A stretch of 64,000 nucleotides of DNA from Candidatus Hadarchaeota archaeon (GTDB lineage Archaea > Hadarchaeota > Hadarchaeia > Hadarchaeales > JAGGTB01): assembly GCA_964384105.1 (NCBI GenBank), contig CAYLJV010000001.1, positions 64,001 to 128,000 of the forward strand, read 5' to 3'. Shown piece after piece: positions 59,509 to 64,000 of this stretch; within the stretch, counting starts at the first letter, position 1, and each line of letters begins with the position of its first letter. The position numbers and the translations under genes were made by a program. The notes under the pieces were generated by a model, which was not told the DNA's origin, did no database searches, and saw nothing but the letters and a program-made list of their open reading frames with translations.

Positions 59509-60606
59509 CTATCTTCGGGCCGTTCTATTAAAGAGCCAAACACCTAAGAAATAGAGTCCTATCGCAAAAATTGCCAGTATAAGGAGATTTTGTGCTATTC
59601 CCCCTATTCCTGAGCCAAGTAGCATTACTCTTCTTATTGCGTTGTTTGCGTAAGATAATGGGTAGAGATATGCGATGTACTGGACCAGATTTGGCATGGC
59701 TGAGATCGGGAAGAAAACACCGCTTACAAACATAGCCGGTAAGATGACCATCATCGATATTTCAGAGTAAGTGGTTTCGTTTTCAGCGATCGCAGATAAA
59801 ACTAGTCCTATACCTACGGAAGCAATTGTCATTAACAATACTATTATTCCTACTAAGGCCCAAGAGCCGTTCATTGCGACTCCGAAAAGGAGAGAGATAA
59901 AAAGGATTATAATCACGGATCTGATTAGTTGAGTCGCTATCGCAAATGTTGTTTTCCCTGCGATTATGTCATTTGCACTTGCGGGTGTCATGGCCAACCT
60001 ATCAAGAGTACCTTCTTCTTTCTCCCCCGCTAATGCTCTTCCGGTTCCTTGAGCAGCTCCGAAGAAAATCGTCAGCACGATTATTGCTGGAGCCAAGAAA
60101 TCGATATAGTCGAGGTCGCCGTATTGCTCTGAGGCCTTGACTGGGGGTAGGCCTCCCTGAAGTCTATCTGCAATGTTTTTTACCCCCTCCATAACCGAAG
60201 CTCTCACCTGCTGGCTTTTAGTGGGGTCTACCAGTACGGATATTTTTCCACTTTCCAAATTTTTGATAGAAAAGCTTTCGGGCACATAGACTACCGCGTC
60301 GTATTCTCCTTTTTCCATCAGTTCTTTTGCTTCTATTAGTCCTAATTCCGAGTTGACATGTACTTCAAAAAGATCTGAATTTTCCCCCGAGGAGATCATA
60401 GCATTTTGAAACGCAATTGTGTCGGTGGCATTTTGGTTTTCTGTCACTACTAATGTATCGATTCCTGAGACTTGACCACTGAAACCTACTCCAAAGAAAA
60501 ATATCATCATCATTGGAAAAAGAAAAAGAGCGATAACCCGACCTCGAGTTCTTAGTAGGTCCAGCGCATCTTTTTTGAATATCTTTTTGACTCTTCTAAT
60601 ATCCAT
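59509..60606 (-). CDS. ABC-2 type exporter permease
   Basis: YIDFLAP, EKEEGTLDRL..TP, SGVFFPI..MP, PLSY. Confidence 0.9.
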   Translation of the reverse strand: MDIRRVKKIFKKDALDLLRTRGRVIALFLFPMMMIFFFGVGFSGQVSGIDTLVVTENQNATDTIAFQNAMISSGENSDLFEVHVNSELGLIEAKELMEKGEYDAVVYVPESFSIKNLESGKISVLVDPTKSQQVRASVMEGVKNIADRLQGGLPPVKASEQYGDLDYIDFLAPAIIVLTIFFGAAQGTGRALAGEKEEGTLDRLAMTPASANDIIAGKTTFAIATQLIRSVIIILFISLLFGVAMNGSWALVGIIVLLMTIASVGIGLVLSAIAENETTYSEISMMVILPAMFVSGVFFPISAMPNLVQYIAYLYPLSYANNAIRRVMLLGSGIGGIAQNLLILAIFAIGLYFLGVWLFNRTARR

Positions 60607-61568
60607 TAGTTATCACCGGTCACATGAATGAAGACGTCTTCAAGAGTAGGTTCCAAGACTTCTACTCCTCGAACATCTATCTTTTTCTTAGAGAGAAGCT
60701 GTGGTATCTCATAGAGAGCTTTGCTTCGATTGGCTGTGGCTATCTTTAACCCACCTTCTAATTTCTCGATTTTTTGGACTAGTTTGTGATTCCGAAGTAT
60801 TTCTGTTGATTTTTTTTCTGAGTTGGTGGGTATCAAGACTTTTATAATATCTCCGCCCCCTATCAGACGTTTAAGATTCTTTGCAGTGTCTATTTCCATT
60901 AATTTTCCCTTGTGCATTATTCCGATTCTATCTGATAGGGTGTCAGCCTCTTCCATTATGTGTGTATTAATGAAGATAGTGACACCTTCTTCGTTTAAGT
61001 CCTCTATTAGATTCCAGAGTCTTCTTCTCGTTTGTGGGTCTAGGCCAGTAGTGGGTTCGTCTAGGATCAATAGTTTTGGATGATGTATCAGTCCGGATGC
61101 TAAAGATAATCTTTGTTTCATTCCTCCTGAGAATCCTTTTACTAGACTATCCTTCCTATCCTCGAGATTTACTAGGTCAAGAAGGTCTTCTATTCTTTCT
61201 TTGGTTATTTCTTCAGGAACTCCGTATAGGGCGCCCATCATTTCAAGTGTTTCCTTTGCTGTCAGTTTTTCGTATAGTGACTTTTTTTGAGGGACTATAC
61301 CAACTAGTTTTCTTACTTCCCCCGGGTCTTTTTTTATATCGTAACCATCGAGTTCAACACTGCCTTTGGTTGGAGATTCGAGGGTAGTTATTATTCTTAC
61401 GAGAGTGGTCTTTCCTGCTCCGTTGGGGCCTAAAAGGCTGAATATTTCACCTCTTTTGACGTCGAAGTTTATATTGTCGATTGCAGTGATCTTCTCTCCA
61501 CGAGTTGAGTATATTTTAACTAAATTTCTAATTTTCAAAATATGGTCATTTTTCTTTTTTTTATCCAT
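60606..61568 (-). CDS. ABC exporter ATP-binding protein (DrrA-like)
   Basis: GPNGAGKTT, FSGGMKQR, LDEPTTGLDP, PTLEDVF. Confidence 0.92.
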   Translation of the reverse strand: MDKKKKNDHILKIRNLVKIYSTRGEKITAIDNINFDVKRGEIFSLLGPNGAGKTTLVRIITTLESPTKGSVELDGYDIKKDPGEVRKLVGIVPQKKSLYEKLTAKETLEMMGALYGVPEEITKERIEDLLDLVNLEDRKDSLVKGFSGGMKQRLSLASGLIHHPKLLILDEPTTGLDPQTRRRLWNLIEDLNEEGVTIFINTHIMEEADTLSDRIGIMHKGKLMEIDTAKNLKRLIGGGDIIKVLIPTNSEKKSTEILRNHKLVQKIEKLEGGLKIATANRSKALYEIPQLLSKKKIDVRGVEVLEPTLEDVFIHVTGDN

Positions 61569-61610
61569 CTTCGAGACCCCCTCATTACTAAGCTATTAGA
61601 TCAGAATTTC

Positions 61611-62000
61611 TTATCGAATTTCTTTTTTCAACATTTCCAATAATTCAATAGCTTTTTCTTTTCCAAAGAAATTCTTGTAGACATTTAATGCTCCGAAAAT
61701 CATCTTTTGGGACTTTTCTTCCATTTCTTCTATGCTATTTTTTAGCTCCTCTAGTTTCTCTTCTCCTTTCTCGGTGAGTTCAAAGTATTTCCTGTCTTTT
61801 GGTTTCTTCTCAGTTTTCCTGATGTAACCTTTTTTTTCAAGTCTTTCAAGTGTACCATATATTGTTCCGTAGCTTGGTTCCCAGTGCCCCCCTGATATTT
61901 TTTCTATTCTTTTTAGTATTTCGTAGCCGTATGTGGGTTTCTTGTTCATCATTCGGAGGATCATATATTTCGGAAATATTTTTGGATTTTTCTTTTCCAT
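61611..62000 (-). CDS. PadR family transcriptional regulator
   Basis: PTYGYEI, GTIYGTLERLEKKG, RKYFELTEKG. Confidence 0.92.
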   Translation of the reverse strand: MEKKNPKIFPKYMILRMMNKKPTYGYEILKRIEKISGGHWEPSYGTIYGTLERLEKKGYIRKTEKKPKDRKYFELTEKGEEKLEELKNSIEEMEEKSQKMIFGALNVYKNFFGKEKAIELLEMLKKEIR

Positions 62001-62039
62001 TTTTTACCGATATCATATAACTGAAAGCTTTTAATAATG

Positions 62040-62068
62040 TTACGGATTGTAATATTACGTCTTGTAAT
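62040..62068. promoter_or_regulatory. Tandem TTAC-N5-GTAA palindromes (candidate PadR operator)
   Basis: TTACGGATTGTAA and TTACGTCTTGTAA with a 15-nt period in the divergent padR/RND promoter. Confidence 0.55.
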
Positions 62069-62099
62069 AAAGCTTAATAGTCAATCTTGCTAGGAATAA

Positions 62100-64000
62100 A
62101 TGATTAATATGATGGAAACACTGGCCAGGGCTTCTGAAAAGCGGCCGAAGGTAGTTGTGTTAGTGGTAGCCCTCGTTACCATTGCCATGATTTATGGTGC
62201 CTCCAATTTGACAATGTCTACCGAAACCGAAGCCTTTCTTCCAGAGGATTATACTTCGGTTAGAGTGACCAACATTCTTGAGAATAGAGGAGAAGATTCT
62301 ATCAACGAGATATTGCTAGTGGAGGGCGGAGATCTGACTAGTGCAGACTCTTTCCGGTTATTGTTTGAATTGCAGCAAAGTCTTTTGCAAGATCCCTCTT
62401 TTGAAAATTACATTAGTAGAATACAATCCTATCCCAGCTATCTTGTTCCAAACATTGAAGAACAAGTTGATAATTGGAGATCGCTATCGGATTCTCAACT
62501 TGAGGCAGTGATAGATCAGCTTATACAGAGATCTGAGATCAAACAACAGATAAATGCTTTCCTCTCCGAAAATCGGGATGCTACTCTAATTGTTTTATCC
62601 TTAAATGGGCAGTTGCCTTTGTCGGAACTATACGAGGGAACAGAAGAACTTCGCGATTTTTCTGAGCAGTTTAACAAAAACAATGAAGCCCTAAAATCGG
62701 GGGTTACGGGCTCCATAAGTATGGAATTGGATACCCAGGGGATGATGAATAGAGATAATCAGATTTTGATTCCTGCCGCTATTGTATTGATAATCATAAT
62801 TCTATATTTTGCTTTCAGACGTTTTTCTGATGTTGGTCTTCCCTTCCTTGTGCTTGGTTTAGGGGCAATTTGGATGGTTGGTGCGATGGGCTATCTCGGG
62901 ATTTCTTTTAATATGATCTACGTAGCACTTGTTCCGATTATTTTGGGTGTTGGTATTGATTATACCATTCACATGTTGAACCGTTATTACGAAGAAAGGG
63001 GTAAGGGTATAGCCGTTGAGAAGTCTGCGTTAACATCAGTGAGAAATGTCGGTGTTGCAATTCTTTTGACCGCAGTTACTACGATTATAGGATTTTCTTC
63101 TTTCGGAATTTCCGACATGCCACCTATCAGAGATTTTGGTTTTCTTGCTGCTGGTGGGGTCTTTTTCATTTTCATTCTTGCCATGACTCTACTTCCCTCG
63201 CTCTTGGTTCTTAGAGACCGAGGGGGAGAGGAGGAAATAAGAGATAGGGGAGAGCGAAGAGAGGATAAAGTAGGAAAAGCTCTCTCTAAGTTGGAGATGG
63301 GGGTCCAAAGCCATGGAAAATCAATATTGGTCATCGCAGGTGTTGTTACTGTTTTGGCTGTAGTTCCTGCTCTTGGTGTTACGACTACGATGTCCTTTGA
63401 CATGTTCCTTCCAAGTGGTATAGACTCGGTGGAGACCATGAATAAAGTTGAAACTTACTTTGGTGGACAGGGTGGGTTCAGTGAGGATTATGTTCTTGTT
63501 CAAGGTGACGTGACTTCACCTCAATCCCTCGAGGAGATGTATAGCTTGCAGAATTCTGTGTTGTCGGATCCCGAGAGTGAGGGCTTGATTATTAGGTCTT
63601 CTAGTCTTGCAGATTTGATTCTTTATTCAACCGGAGGCGATATGCCGCAGACGAAAGAACAGGTGGAAATGATTTTGGCTAGTCTGAGAGCAGAGAGGCC
63701 TGAACAACTTGATCGGTTTTTGATTACGGAAGACAAAGCGGTAGTTCGATTTTCTATGAGTGCGGAAACTGACAAAGAGATGGAGGAGGCAACCAATATA
63801 ATCAGGGCTCACGTGAGGCAGTTATCGGGGCAACAGACAGAGTTAGATTACACTCTTGATGGTGAGCCGGCCGTTGGAGGTCCTCCTGCTATTATATCGG
63901 ATATTATGGGTAGCATAGAGCCGAGTATGAGAAACTCTATTCTCTTGGCGATAATACTGGTGGTCGTAGTTTTGTCTTTGGTATTTAGGTCAATTTTTGT
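62100..64000 (+). CDS. RND/MMPL family transporter, 3'-truncated (absent from the ORF track because it has no stop in the window)
   Basis: Read manually: MINMMETLARASEKRPKVVVLVV..FLPEDY..FRRFSDVGLP..LGVGIDYTIHMLNRYYEE..TTIIGFSSF..PPIRDFG..LLPSLL. Confidence 0.9.
   Translation, partial: MINMMETLARASEKRPKVVVLVVALVTIAMIYGASNLTMSTETEAFLPEDYTSVRVTNILENRGEDSINEILLVEGGDLTSADSFRLLFELQQSLLQDPSFENYISRIQSYPSYLVPNIEEQVDNWRSLSDSQLEAVIDQLIQRSEIKQQINAFLSENRDATLIVLSLNGQLPLSELYEGTEELRDFSEQFNKNNEALKSGVTGSISMELDTQGMMNRDNQILIPAAIVLIIIILYFAFRRFSDVGLPFLVLGLGAIWMVGAMGYLGISFNMIYVALVPIILGVGIDYTIHMLNRYYEERGKGIAVEKSALTSVRNVGVAILLTAVTTIIGFSSFGISDMPPIRDFGFLAAGGVFFIFILAMTLLPSLLVLRDRGGEEEIRDRGERREDKVGKALSKLEMGVQSHGKSILVIAGVVTVLAVVPALGVTTTMSFDMFLPSGIDSVETMNKVETYFGGQGGFSEDYVLVQGDVTSPQSLEEMYSLQNSVLSDPESEGLIIRSSSLADLILYSTGGDMPQTKEQVEMILASLRAERPEQLDRFLITEDKAVVRFSMSAETDKEMEEATNIIRAHVRQLSGQQTELDYTLDGEPAVGGPPAIISDIMGSIEPSMRNSILLAIILVVVVLSLVFRSIF

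Overview
AT-rich, gene-dense archaeal chromosomal window. Evidence for an archaeon: A-type ATP synthase, intron-containing tRNAs, tRNA splicing endonuclease, F420 and tungstopterin enzymes and GGAGGTG ribosome-binding sites. The gene content and frequent TTG starts resemble an anaerobic MSBL1/Hadarchaea-like euryarchaeote, but that is inference only. Order of content: gcvPB (5'-truncated), an FrhB/FpoF-like gene and cofH; a ~15 kb uptake/catabolic island (two M24-fold enzymes, two BMP binding proteins, DUF917, a CUT2 ABC transporter, an LLM oxidoreductase, a HapK-like protein, an M29 peptidase, AOR and MoaD); SerK-like, gdhA, RecJ-like, NifU and serB; a near-complete purine/folate cluster; apgM; three tRNAs with endA, trpS and an unannotated C/D box sRNA; radical SAM genes and archaemetzincin; a split ATP synthase locus; a putative B12 uptake pair; and PadR-linked ABC and RND exporters (RND 3'-truncated). 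The most striking signal is three separate single-hairpin c-subunit genes, only one of which keeps the ion-binding glutamate, implying a heteromeric and possibly tunable rotor. No CRISPR array or mobile element was seen. All calls come from reading motifs by eye; no database searches were run.
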